A DNA stretch of 64,000 nucleotides from Octopus vulgaris (GCA_951406725.2 OX597835.1:46872001-46936000), one strand, 5' to 3'. Shown: positions 1 to 13,679, numbered from the stretch's first letter. A program made the numbers and translations. The notes: a model not told the origin generated them from the sequence alone.

Positions 1-91
1 TGCTGTTAGTACTTCGTTGCAGTCACACTGATGGACTTAAAATACTGTGATGGTGCTACAAGTTTTGTCAATGTCCTTGTTCTGATGGATA

Positions 92-143
<52 letters not shown>

Positions 144-486
144 TATGGTGGTGGTGGTGGTGGTGGTGGGTTTATTTATAATGTGGCGTTGATGGGGATG
201 AACATGGTGTTGAAGGTAAAAAACGCTTGTTTATTGGTGATCTTGAGATGACGACACTGTTGTCGCTATTGTTGCTATTGTGAAAGGCAGCGGTGAAGAT
301 GTTGCTGTATATTGTTCTGGCAGGTTCGTGATGATGATTATAATGATGATGATGATGATGATGACAACGTACACGACGATGGATAACGATGTCAATGAGA
401 ATACATTCATACGGGTAGCTTTTTTACAAGGTCGGGTGTAACACTTGAATTGTGTTGGCTTTAAAGTGAAGATGTTAAAGTAAAAA

Positions 487-519
<33 letters not shown>

Positions 520-568
520 AACGAGAATACCTATATGAACTACTAAATAATTATATGTGTGTGTGTGT

Positions 569-641
<73 letters not shown>

Positions 642-700
642 GTGTGTAACGAAACAAACAGATAAATGAAGAAACAGTGTCTTTTGTAATCGTCACTTAC

Positions 701-790
701 CTCAGAAGAAAGATTGAAGTCGCCGTGAAAGGCGGCCGGTTAAGCAGCACCTCCTTGAGAAGATGTGAAGGAGGAGGCGAACGGTCTTCG
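701..790 (-). other. Candidate 90-bp internal exon (unverified)
   Basis: Non-repetitive island bounded on the minus strand by ...tctcAG and GAG|GTAAGT. One frame is open ([29 protein letters not shown]) and the exon would be symmetric phase 2-2. No recognisable homology; weak polypyrimidine tract. Confidence 0.25.
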
Positions 791-1294
791 CTGAGATATT
801 TCAAACCTTTCGCCAAACATTGCATGTGTGTGTGTGCACGTGTGTGCTTATGTGGGTATGTATGTATCCTTGCATTTGTGTGTGTGTGTGTGTGTGTGTG
901 TAAACAGATATTTGTATCTATATATTATTACATACATCTATATACATACATATATACAGATATATATATACGTACTATATGTATAAGTATATATATATAT
1001 ATATGTATATATATGTCTAAATGTAAAAACACAGATATATATGCATACATATACGTGTATAAATGTATATGTGTGCATATATGTGTGTGTGTGTGTGTGT
1101 GTGTATACATATATATAAAGATAAAACTTACTTGGAAATGGATGCGTGGCGTTCAATCAAATAATAATATAAATAACATATATATATATTATTTATATAT
1201 GTATGTATATATATTTATATATATGTGTGTGTGTGTGTATACATACATACATATATACATATACATATATGTATATATGTATATATATATATAG

Positions 1295-1345
<51 letters not shown>

Positions 1346-1810
1346 TACACACATTCATACATATATATATACATTTGTGCATATGTATATATGTGTATTT
1401 CTGTGTGCGCGCGCGCTTTTACGAAATTATTTAGTTAAAAGGGAAGAGAAAGACCAAGTTGCGGGGGGTGGGGATAAAAGTTATGAAGATGAAGACGGTT
1501 AACGGGTGGCTGGGTAGTATGAGGAACGTGCTGTTGAATGACCTTCGAATGTGTCCACCCCCTCCACGTTATTCATAGCCAGGTGAGATCAATACATCTG
1601 TGGTTTGCGGCTGACTTGTATTTTTCTTAAGTGTCTGGTGTGTTTGGCTTCAACATCTGTAGGTTAGTTTTGACGTGTTTAGCTTCATCAGTTCAAGGCC
1701 GTGGTTGACGCGTTTAGCTTGACGGTACAAGTCGATACATCTGTAGTTTGAGATCGATATGTTTAGATTCATGACTTGTTGGTTTTAGCCGTTGTCAATG
1801 GGCAATATCG

Positions 1811-2189
1811 AAGAGAGGTAACTCTGGGCAGATTTACAACTGTAGCTTTAATTAAAACACAGTCAACAACGTTAGTGATTTGCGCTATTAGAATCGCAGC
1901 ATCTGGGAATCCGACAGAGGGCAGTACTGGACAGGTATGGTGATTTTACACCTTTTTCTATAAGTGAGAATTTTTTTCTCCACGGTAACCGCAGTGGATT
2001 GGCTTTTAGAAGTTGAAATAAGTCACAAACATATTTTAACTAACCCCAAATTTACTTATGCCTTGGCACTGCTTGGCGCTGATTCTGAAGAATTTCTTCT
2101 GACCTGGCGGTTTAATAGCACAAATCAGTCAACGTTGCTGTGTTTTAGTTAAAGCTACGGTTTTAAATCTGTCCAGAGTTACCTCTCTT
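1811..2189. mobile_element. MITE-like element with ~80-bp inverted repeats
   Basis: 1811-1890 (AAGAGAGGTAACTCTGGGCAGATTTACAACTGTAGCTTT...) is the diverged reverse complement of 2112-2189. The internal segment TTTTACACC...CTCCACGGTRACYGCAG recurs at ~2275-2390 and ~28620-28735. Confidence 0.55.
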
Positions 2190-2390
2190 TGGTATTTCCT
2201 ATTGAAAACGGCGAAAACGGTTGAAATGCAGCTTCTGCGAATCGAAAAGGAGGCAGCCCTGGACAGATTTGGTGTTTTTATACCCTTTTAGCGTAAGAAA
2301 AAATTTTTCTCCGCGGTGACTGCAGGGAATTCGCCTTTAGGAGTTGAAACATATTACAAAAGATATTTTAACTTATCTAAAATTCGCATT

Positions 2391-2772
2391 TGTGATAAGA
2401 ATCTTGCTTCCCAGACACATGTTTCTGGCTTCAGTCCCTCTGTGTGATACCTTCGGCAAGTGTCTGCCATAGGCCTTGCGGAGCAAAGCCCTGTGAGTGG
2501 ATTTGGTAGACGGAAACTGAAACAAGCCCGTCGTGTATATATATATATATATGTATGTATACATATGTGTGTGTGTGTGTATGTTTATGTGTCTGTGTTT
2601 GTCCATCCCCAACATCGCTTGACAAGCGATGTTTCTGTGTTCACGCTCCCATGGCTTAGCGTCTCAGCAAAAGTGTCCGATAGAATAAGTACTAGGTATA
2701 CAAAGAATAAGTCCTGGAGTCGATGTGTTCGACTAAAGGCGGTGCTCCAACTCGAAACAACTAAAAGAATAA
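2391..2772 (+). mobile_element. tRNA-derived SINE, family A (dominant family in window)
   Basis: Matches the consensus seen in many copies: head ...AAGAAGCTTGCTTCCC..., GTGAGTGGATTTGGTAGACGGAAACTGAAAGAAGC, internal (TA)/(TG) tract, GATAGAATAAGTACT, AAAGGCGGTGCTCCA, 3' AAAAGAATA tail. Confidence 0.8.
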
Positions 2773-2794
2773 TAGAGTGTGTGTTTGTGTGTGT

Positions 2795-2861
<67 letters not shown>

Positions 2862-3373
2862 AGACGAGAGTATGATTCGAGGCGATTTGACTGTTATTCT
2901 TGGCAGGCGGAATAAAAGCGTAGAAGGCTTGTGCGTTCGCTCCCACGCTACCGCTGGCGCTGTTGTTGTTGTTGTTGTTGTCATCGTTGCTGTTTCCGGC
3001 TGGCTGGACGGCTGACTGGCTTTGCTGACTGGCTGGCAATCTGGCTGGTTGGCTCTCAAGACTTAAGAAAGGACCCCCTGGTGGGTTTCTCTTAAAAGCC
3101 GGATCGGATGAGAAGAAGAGAAGGTGTGTAAAAGAGAGATGTGAAGTGTAATGGTGCAAAATGGGTGGGTGGGTGGATGGCGGCTGTCGGCGGGGGTTAG
3201 GTCGGGTGGCGAACGAGACCGTTTGATTGTCGGGTAGAAAAGATTTGAAGGGGTGGAGGTGGAAAATAAGAAATTAAGAAGAAAATTAAAAACCTTTTTT
3301 ACGTTTCGTTTCATACCAAATTGCTTTTTGTCGTCGTCATTGTTGCTGCTGTTGTTGCTGAGGACGTCGTCAG

Positions 3374-3425
<52 letters not shown>

Positions 3426-3482
3426 ATTACTTTTAGATTTTCTACTTTGTTGTCTTGAGCACTTCAATTTTCAAAGAGAGAA

Positions 3483-3543
<61 letters not shown>

Positions 3544-3564
3544 AGGAAAGAAAGAAAGAAAGAT

Positions 3565-3610
<46 letters not shown>

Positions 3611-4072
3611 TTAAGTGAAAGAGATGGGGAGGAGAAAGAAAGAGAGACTCATCACTCGTTTATTTTCCGCACAAAAAGTGAAAGAAAATTGAATGAAAAG
3701 AAAGCCACGAAGAAAGAAAAGAGACATCGAGAGTTGAAGAAAGAGAAAACGTTGGAAAGAACTTTTTCCTTTTCGTTGTTTCTTTTTTTCCAACGAAGAA
3801 AAACCAGAAAACAGGTAAGAAAGAAAATGGAAAAGATAGGAGAGAGATGAATGAGGTGGTGGTGGTGGTGGTGGTGGTGAAAGGAGGCTGGAATAAAAAG
3901 AAAAAGCAAGAAAGAGAGAAAAGGAGAAAAAAGTAAGCAAGCAGGAAAGGAAAAGGAGAAAGAAAGTAATGAAGAAAGAAAGAAAGAAAGAAAGAGTGAA
4001 TGAATGAATGAATGAATGAATGAATGAATGAATGAATGAATGAAAGTGAATGAAAGAAAGACCAAAGAAAAT

Positions 4073-4215
4073 AGAAGAAGAAGAAGAAGAAGAAGAAGAA
4101 GGAGGAGGAGGAGGAGGAGGAGAAGAAGAAGAAGAAGAAGAAGAAGAAGAAGAAGAAGAAGAAGAAGAAGAAGAAGAAGAAGAAGAAGAAGAAGAAGAAG
4201 GAGGAGAAGAAGAAG

Positions 4216-4247
<32 letters not shown>

Positions 4248-4316
4248 CAAGCAGTAGAAGAAGAAGAAGAAGAAGAAGAAGAAGAAGAAAGAAGAAGAAG
4301 AAGAAGAAGAAGAAGG
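4073..4316. repeat. (GAA)n/(GGA)n microsatellite
   Basis: Direct reading; source of the poly-E/poly-R/poly-F ORFs. Confidence 0.95.
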
Positions 4317-4770
4317 AGTTGAAGAAGATTTGCGATTTAGCTGCGATGTTTGATGATGTTATGTGATATGAAAGTTTGAGTAGGGAGTGCTTGGGTGGGG
4401 TGGGCTGGACAAGGCGTTTGATAATGTCGGGATATATACATACATATATATATATATATATATACGCATGAGATTATTGGTTGGTTGGTTGGTTTGGGTG
4501 AAGGGACAGGAGGTGTGTTGGGGGGTAGGAGAGTGTTTGTATCACGGCTCAATTAGTCGCCCACTTACCTCGACAAACTGCCATCACATGATGGCGGGAA
4601 GAGTCATGTTGTCAAGCACGCTTGCTCAATGACAAATAACAGTGTCAGTGGTTTAGGGGCGAAAAACAAAAAAATTATAAATAAAATATGGACAAATAAG
4701 GAAAAAAAACAAAGCTTTATTTCGACGACACAAGTCTTATTCTTATTCTTATAGTTGTCGTCGCTGTCGT

Positions 4771-5545
<775 letters not shown>

Positions 5546-5662
5546 AGAAGCAACAGCTACACCAAAGGCAGCAGTGGCAACAGTAGTAGCAATGGCAGCA
5601 GCAGTGTCATTGTCATCGTTGTCGTCGTCCTTATTAACATCAGTGTCTTCCTCATCTTTGTT

Positions 5663-5695
<33 letters not shown>

Positions 5696-6591
5696 TTCGT
5701 TATTGTCATCGTCATCGTCGTCATCGCCATCATTCCAGAAGCAGCTGCACGAAGAAGGAGCTGCAGCATCGGCGGACAGATAGGCTTTGCAGCTGCACAG
5801 CCTGCAGCAGCAGGAAATGGAGAGCCTTGCTCAAGGACACAGCGAAATGCAGCGTCCAGAAATTATATCCAAGACCTCATCATCGTGTATCGATCACGTT
5901 AACCATTAATCTCTATGTAATGGTAATAATAAGTGGATGTAAACACATGAACAAAATAAGAATAAACAAAAACAACAAAAACAACAAAAAATTACATGAA
6001 CGTATATAAACAGAAGATACAAATATTACAGGCATCCCCCCCCACATACACACACTAAATAAACATAGACGCACATAGAGATATAAGCATGCGCAAATGA
6101 AGACATACAATAGAAATACAAAATGGCTGACGGTTAGTAAGGAGAGACACAAATAAGTAAGAAGAAAACAAAGGACCACTGATGCGGTCACAGGAGTGTG
6201 ACGAAAGAACTCTGGCCGAAATAAGATTAAGATTAATGTAAAAAATAATTAACACTGAAGCAAAGTAACACCAAATATATAGTGCATGTGTTTTTATTGG
6301 CTAAACTGGCAATATGACCATTCCGAAATATAACAATATATATATATATATATATATAAACTGAATAATCGATATTTTATATTTTTGAAATATCTCTTCA
6401 AAATACAGTACATCAAACCAGTTTATCTTGGATAAAAATATCCCTATAAGGAATTTAAATATCCACATTGTGACTATATATATATATATATATATATAAA
6501 TATGTATATATATGTGTGTGTGTGTTCGTATGTGTGATGTGTGTGTGTTTGTATTCGTATGTGTGATGTATGTGTGAGAGTCCATACAAGC

Positions 6592-6790
6592 CTTTGTGTT
6601 TGTGTCTGTCTTCCCACCGGTGTTGGGTTCTTTACGTCCCCGTAACTTTGCAGTTCAACAAAATACACAGATAGAATAAAAAAAAAATACCAGGCTTTGA
6701 CATAGATAAGCACTGGGACCGATTTGCTCGGCTAAATTCCTCGGCCGCAGTTCAATGACTGAAACAAGTGAAGCGTGAAAGATAAGATTA
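6592..6790 (+). mobile_element. SINE family A, 3' half
   Basis: TTTACGTCCCCGTAACTT...GATAGAATAA...GTTCAATGACTGAAACAAGT matches the family A tail. Confidence 0.65.
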
Positions 6791-7551
6791 GCTCAAGAGA
6801 TCGATATGGCATTTGTTTGATCGATGGCTGTTCGCAAGGATACGCTCCTGTTTCGCCCACAATGCAAATATTAATGGTCTCTTCTGCGGCAAAACGTGAG
6901 GAGGAGTCTTGTTGGAGGCGCAGCGGCGAGTAAACAGGAATGAAGTCCGCGTTGCCAGCGGTGAGGGGCGACTTAATATAAAGGCTCATTACTCAAGGGG
7001 AAATTAGCAAATTCCGAAACCCTTAAGGTTTATTGTGAGAGAGATTAGGACGAAACTGTTAGCTCTGTTATGTATTGTTTGTGTTGAAGTAGGGAAACGG
7101 TGGCACCTGGCCACCACCGTGCCGCATGACTACACACATACACACCACACACACATACACATACACACAAAACATACACAAATACACTCACACATACACA
7201 CAAACGTACGTGCGTACATACATACATACATATATACATACATACATACATATATATGCATACATACATACATACATACATATGCACACATACATACATA
7301 CACACATACATACGTACATACATACATACATATATATGCACACATACATATACACACATGCATACACACATACATACATAGAGAAACGCATCTATTCAGA
7401 GACAAGCACACATACGCCCGTTACGCGTACGCACGCACACACGTATACACACATACACATACTTGTATGTAAACATGCGTGTATATGTATGTATGTATGT
7501 ATGTTTGTATGTATGTATGTATGTATAGAGACTTAGTAATTTTAATATTTC

Positions 7552-7597
<46 letters not shown>

Positions 7598-7599
7598 AA

Positions 7600-7745
7600 A
7601 AGCAGCGACCTGGCAAAATAGTCAGCGGACAAATGCTTAGAAACATTTCTTCTGTCGCTACCTTCAGAGTTCAAATTCCGCTGGGGTCGACTTTGCTTTT
7701 CCTCTTTTCAGATCGATAAAGTAAGTACCAGTTATTCATTGAGGT
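7600..7745 (+). mobile_element. tRNA-derived SINE, family B fragment
   Basis: GAGTTCAAATTCCGCTGGGGTCGACTTTGCTTTTCCTC...GATAAAGTAAGTACCAG matches the copies at 24797-25015 and 48818-49010. Confidence 0.6.
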
Positions 7746-7807
7746 CCATGTAATCCACTATCACCCTCTCACTAAATGCCTGCCCTTGTGTCTGTATTAG
7801 AAATGAA

Positions 7808-7858
<51 letters not shown>

Positions 7859-7861
<3 letters not shown>

Positions 7862-8092
7862 CGCCGGCGTGGTTATGTGGTGAGAAGCATGTTTCTTCAT
7901 CTGTGTACGGCTTTGAAAGCCAATTTAATGAAATAATGAAATAGAGAAGCATGTTTCTTAAATACATGCTTCCGGATTCAGCCCCACTGCGCTGCACCTT
8001 GAGCAACTGTCTCCTACTATAACCCCTAGCCGAGCGAGCCTTGTGAGTGGATTCGGTAGACGAAAACTGAAGAATCGCTGGTCACGAAACGC
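7859..8092 (+). mobile_element. SINE family A head, interrupted by a 46-bp retroelement 3' stub
   Basis: SINE head GGCGCCGGCGTGGTTATGTGGTGAGAAGC... with a 16-bp duplication GAGAAGCATGTTTCTT at 7882-7897 and 7944-7959. Confidence 0.75.
7898..7943 (+). mobile_element. Extremely 5'-truncated Tx1-like non-LTR element (3' terminus only)
   Basis: CATCTGTGTACGGCTTTGAAAGCCAATTTAATGAAATAATGAAATA between 16-bp TSDs. Ends in the same AATTTAATGAAATA as the element at 16901-18905. Confidence 0.75.
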
Positions 8093-8096
8093 TGTA

Positions 8097-8390
8097 TTCG
8101 ATGGTCAGGACATGTAGCCAAGATAGACGAGTCGAGGTTCGCACACCAAGTCTTATTCAGCGAGATCCCTTCAGCGAAGAGAGCACAGGGTTGCCCTCTT
8201 CAAAGCTACAAGGACCAACTCAAAACAATACTGAAAGTCACTGGACTTGAGTCTAAACCATTTGAAACACAAGCCCGTGGCCGTATCAAGTGGCGGAACC
8301 AAAAACTTCAAAACTACCAGAAGGGAAAAAGGAAGAAATCAAACTACTGGAGAGATACTCTCAGCTGCTCAGGGACCCACCCTTGCTAAC
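8097..8390 (+). pseudogene. RTE-clade LINE ORF C-terminal fragment
   Basis: Manual translation gives RWSGHVAKIDESRFAHQVLFSEIPSAKRAQGCPLQSYKDQLKTILK, resembling the RTE C-terminal RWxGHVxRM...KRxxGxP..RYKD motif. Confidence 0.6.
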
Positions 8391-8818
8391 AATGCAGATG
8401 ACACAGAAGTCTCTAAGAGATTACAGAACCATGGAGGTGTTGCGCATCTGCAGTCGGTGTTAAACGCAACATGCAGGTGGGCTGTGGAAAAGAACATGCT
8501 GTTTAATGCTAGAAAATTCCAAGCCCTGCGCTACCAACACACGAAAAGCTGACAGGATACACTGGCCCAAGTGGGACTGCAATCCACGAATCAAAATCAA
8601 TGCGTGACCTGGGCACCGTCAGAAGTAATGATGCATCTTTCCCGGTGCATATTTACTAAGTTGGCAGACGGTTGGTTGGAAGGATCCTTCGAAAAGGAAA
8701 CCATGGTGGTCCTCTGGAGGACATTTGTCCTCAGCCATCTAGATTATTGCTCCCAATTATGGTCAACACGCAATGTAAAATTAACAACGGAACTCAAAGC
8801 AATCCAGCGAAGCTACAC
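8390..8818 (+). pseudogene. CR1/L2-group LINE reverse transcriptase fragment
   Basis: ADDT...NMLFNARKFQALRY... and LWRTFVLSHLDYCSQLWS...ELKAIQRSYT in frameshifted pieces; typical post-YADD region of CR1/L2/Daphne RTs. Confidence 0.7.
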
Positions 8819-8826
8819 AAATTATA

Positions 8827-8859
<33 letters not shown>

Positions 8860-8941
8860 GAGTGAGAGAGCAGTGCATGCCATCAAAGTGACACTGGGGT
8901 AAAATATACGAAGCCCAGTATACCCATCATGACTACCCGTC

Positions 8942-9037
<96 letters not shown>

Positions 9038-9057
9038 TATTATTATTATTATTATTA

Positions 9058-9104
<47 letters not shown>

Positions 9105-9128
9105 AATAATAATAATAATAATAATAAT

Positions 9129-9160
<32 letters not shown>

Positions 9161-9225
9161 TACATACATACATACATACATACAGACAGACAGACATACA
9201 TACATACATACACACATACACACTC

Positions 9226-9258
<33 letters not shown>

Positions 9259-9362
9259 TACACACACACATACATACACACATACACACACATACATACA
9301 TACATACATACATACATACGTACATACATACATATGGGGTTGGCTGTATTGCAGGCGTGCGT

Positions 9363-9393
<31 letters not shown>

Positions 9394-10419
9394 CCTGTGG
9401 ATTCACATACACCAACACCAAATTTTTTTTCCATCAATCTTTCAATTATAAAGTGTGTGCTTGCATACATGCATATACACACATATAAACATATAAACAC
9501 ACATATAAACCCCTACATTTGTACACACACGTACATATATACATACATTCACTCCCACGAATGTACACACACACGCACACACACACATTTACATATATAT
9601 ACAATACACGCACACACACATACACACGTACAAACACACACAAATTCACATACACACCGACACATATACATACACACAATATAAACCTACACGCGCACGC
9701 ACACATACACATACGTACACACATATAAGCACAGACACACACATACATACGCACACAAAAACATGCGCACACATACGCACGCACACGCGCGAAAAACTCA
9801 CAACCCCACGGATACACGCATATACATCCATATACGCTTACACACACACACATACAAACGCACACATACACGCACACACAACTACACGCACATACACACA
9901 CACACACACACACAAATGAACCCACATATACATCCCATACACACGGCACACAACCATAATACACGCACACAATTATACATACATATATATACACACACAC
10001 GCACGTACAAGCACACACGCACACATACACTAAGTTAAGCACAGTTACTCGCCACACACCCAAACTGCACGCATACACACAAACACACAAACACACACAC
10101 ACACACACATACTACAAACAAAACACACACACGATACATTTATATACACGCACATACACATACCTCTTTGTTTTTGACCTGCGATTGGACCCAAAACACC
10201 ACTCCTTAATTCTTACACACTGGCCTGCTAGCCAGTTGTTCGCCATACACACACACACACACACACACGTGTCATCATTGCACACATACACACACGCGCG
10301 CACACGCTGACCTCCCCGCACGCACTACACCCACACACATTCCTCCTCTCACTTTCTTTACCATACTGTCTTTGATATAACTCTCCTGTCTTTAAAAAAC
10401 ATTATTCTTCTACTTTTAC

Positions 10420-10641
10420 TACTTCCGTCTTTCAGTATGTGACCTCGTCTGTACCACTGGCGATTTTTTTCCTCTGTCTTCCCTTCTCGGGATCTTTCCT
10501 TCTCCTATGTTTCCGACGAAGAGCTCCGCTCGAAACGTTAAACCCTCCTTCTTTCCTTCTTTCCTGAGCGTCCAATAATACTATATATGTTCCACGTCCT
10601 TGCGTTGTTGTGTTTTTTTGTGCTTTCATGTTTGGATTAAC
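10420..10641 (+). mobile_element. Penelope-like terminal repeat (pLTR)-type short element carrying a minimal hammerhead
   Basis: Near-identical copy at 62255-62460 (-); partial copies at 13735-13900 (-) and 58490-58600 (+). Contains the hammerhead-like motif at 10509-10543 and ends TTTGGATTAAC(TA)n. Confidence 0.6.
10509..10543 (+). ncRNA. Minimal type I hammerhead-like ribozyme (CCGANGA variant)
   Basis: Stem I GTTT/AAAC, core CCGACGA plus an extra A, stem II GAGC-TCC-GCTC, then GAAA and palindromic ACGT stem III; GUU triplet. Confidence 0.55.
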
Positions 10642-10645
10642 TATA

Positions 10646-11208
10646 TCTATATATATAAAACTGTAGTTGTGTGAATGTCTGTCCCCTTCGATTTAGATTC
10701 CTAACTACTCCCACATTTTGCGGTGCAGTTTAACCAAATTCGGGTATCTTATAGTCGTGATTCATATCGAGCCCGTCTGAGTATTAGCGCGCGTCTACGA
10801 TGAGTCTACGATTTAAAAAATAATTTAACGTCATTTTTTATTCCATTTTAATGCATAATTTTTCGTGTGTCGATGATGGCGGCGGAGTTGGCTTCCATGG
10901 TCACACCTGCACCTGTTTGCTTCTCCCCCTTCTTCCCTCCCCCGTGAAGCTGTGGGGAAGGGAGTGTAAGGAAATCAACGTCGTAAAGCGTTGTCAAGGA
11001 GACCAGCGTTCTTTTAGAACAACGACTTCATGGCTTGAAGACACCAAAACAGAAAATGTCTACGATGAGTCAACGATTTAAAAAAAATTTACCATAATTT
11101 TTTTCCATTTTTAATGCATTTTTTTGCTATTTTTTGGCTATAACTCTCTAAAAATGCTTATATAGTTATTTCCCTTACAAACCCAAGCAACGCCGGGCGA
11201 TACTGTTA

Positions 11209-11209
<1 letters not shown>
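10646..11209 (+). mobile_element. Non-autonomous Helitron
   Basis: 5' A|TCTATATATATAAAA, subterminal hairpin CCCAAGCAACGCCGGG, 3' end TTAG|T (CTAG in the second copy). Homologous copy at 37940-38320. Confidence 0.7.
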
Positions 11210-11262
<53 letters not shown>

Positions 11263-11461
11263 ATATAGTAGGTAAGTTGGTGCAAACAGGAAAGACAGAA
11301 CTCAAAATATGAGTATGTGCATATTTGTATTAATATTTAGCAGAAAAGAGTGACTCAAGGTCCGAGAGTTTCGTGCATTGGCACTATGTATGTATGTATG
11401 TGCGTATATAGAGAGACAGAGGGTGAGAGAGATGAATAGACAACTGATTAAATAGACAGAC

Positions 11462-11514
<53 letters not shown>

Positions 11515-11829
11515 CATACATACATACATACATACATACATACATACATACATACATACATACATACATAGACAAACCAAAGTGTGAGTGTGTGTATACG
11601 AGTGTATCCCTGTATGTCCGTGTAACGCGAACATTCAAGAGTACATCTGTACGTCTCCCCTCTTCCGCTCCCTGCTGCGTCGGTGGATCGCTAGAAGTTG
11701 TTGATTTGTTTTACATCAACGGTTTCGTCTGTAGTCAGCTGCCGCTACACATTAATAACATATTCTATACAACAATGGCCTTCCTATAAAAATAATGATA
11801 ATGATAACAACAACAATAATAATAGTTTC

Positions 11830-12165
11830 AAATTTTAACTCAAGGCCACTAATTTCGGGAGAAGCGGTAAGTGGAGCACACCGACTTCCGGTGCGCAATT
11901 GGTACTTGCTTTATCGACCTTAGGGAGTCTAGAAAGGCAAAGCTGGCCTCGACGACGTTTCAATCAGAACGTGAAGGCCAACGTAACGCCACTAAGTATT
12001 TGTTCGTCGTCCTTTCTAATATAGACACATGGCTTGAAATTTCGGGAGAGGGCGCTGGTTGATGCATGGAGCAACAGGTATTTATTTTATTGAACCCAAA
12101 AGGATAAAAAAACAAAGTTAACCTCGGCGGAATTTGAACTCAAAGCGTCAAGACGAACGAACAGA
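11830..12165 (-). mobile_element. SINE family B fragments (two pieces)
   Basis: GGTACTTGCTTTATCGACC...AAAGGCAAAGCTGGCCTCGACG and AAAGTTAACCTCGGCGGAATTTGAACTC match family B in reverse. Confidence 0.55.
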
Positions 12166-12189
12166 ACTTTGTTATATATATATATATAT

Positions 12190-12371
12190 GGCTCCTACAC
12201 GCATTTTTTTCTCTCCTTGTTTCTTTCTTCTGTGTATCTTTCTGTTGAAGAGCGTAGGCTCGAAACGTAAAAGACTTTTTCCATTTCTATTCCTGAGCGC
12301 CATACTAATACATTTGTTTGTTTGTACTCCACCTGCCTTCGTCTTTTGTTTATTTTCATAAACCTTCCCGT

Positions 12372-12373
<2 letters not shown>
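12190..12373 (+). mobile_element. pLTR-type short element (sister family) with mutated hammerhead at 12237-12274
   Basis: Stem I TCTTT/AAAGA, core CTGTTGA (A6 to T) plus A, stem II GAGC-GTAG-GCTC, GAAACGTA. The tail CCACCTGCCTTCGTCTTTTGTTTATTTTCATAAA recurs at 44615-44668 (+), 43025-43115 (-) and 46005-46075 (-). Confidence 0.55.
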
Positions 12374-12440
<67 letters not shown>

Positions 12441-12846
12441 TGAATAACATATACGAGGTGAATCAAAAAGTAAATGTATCATAAATATGATATATAACAA
12501 TATTATAATATGTAATATTTTTGTTCATTTCGATATAAAATGTGTCTGTTTTTCAATAACTTCAACTCAATGCATTCATCCGTTCTGGGTTGATGTATAT
12601 ATCTTTACACCGTCTGATGAAAGACACAGCTCTCGAAACAACGTTGTGTAGCATCACACGTACTTCGTTTACACCATATTACAGAATTTGACTATTTTCG
12701 TGTATCTGTTTAGTGTAGGTTGAATGACGTAGTTCCAAAGAATTTATGATTAATATGAAATCTGTTGAGCATGACTGATGGAAATACTTCACAAGGACTA
12801 ATTTTTGTGGAATACCGATTTGCTCAAGAACACAGTGCGTCGCCCG

Positions 12847-12929
<83 letters not shown>

Positions 12930-12930
12930 T

Positions 12931-12973
<43 letters not shown>

Positions 12974-13679
12974 AGGAAGTGTTTAAGTGAATAAATCTCA
13001 TTTGATATTACAAGCTCCTTGTAAATCAAGTTTAGCAGGTGGTAGAGAATTGATGGAGAGTGCCAGAGTAAGCCTGTTGCTACGTGTGTGTGTGTGTGTG
13101 TGTCCGCGTTTATATGTTTGTGTCTGTGTGACAACAGTGGTAAGCGCCTTGTCTCTCTACATAAATTCATTGATTGGTTTATTAATTAGTGAACAAATAA
13201 ATTAATCAACCAATAGATTGAGGCGAAAGACGACGGTAATCATGGCGATTACTGCGATGAAGATGATGAGAAGGAAGAGAGGAAGATGAGAAGTAGGAGA
13301 GGAGGAGGAGGGGGAGGAGGAGAAGGAAAACGAAGAGGAGGAAGAGGAAGACGACGACGATGATAATTATACTGATGATCATCATCATTGTGATGACGAT
13401 GATGGTGATGACGATGATGATCGCAAGGTGATAAAATCTATGAAACATGTATGAATTCACTGATCGAGATGGAAAGAAGGCGATTATCACTCCAAGCCAT
13501 CAATTTGTTTCTTGATTTCATATTTTATTTACACACACCAAACGCGTGTGTGTGAGTGTGTATACGTGCGTATATGTGTGTTGTTTGGGTTTGTTAGTGA
13601 AACGATATATATGTATATGTATGTATGTATGCATGTATGTATGTATGTATGTATGTATGTATGTATGTATGTATGTATG

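Noticed and set aside
1100-1160. Minus-strand donor-like AAGTAAGT at ~1127
   Set aside because: No plausible upstream acceptor or open frame.
1590-1790. Degenerate ~35-90-bp repeats around ACATCTGT(A/G)G
   Set aside because: Too irregular to define a unit or family by eye.
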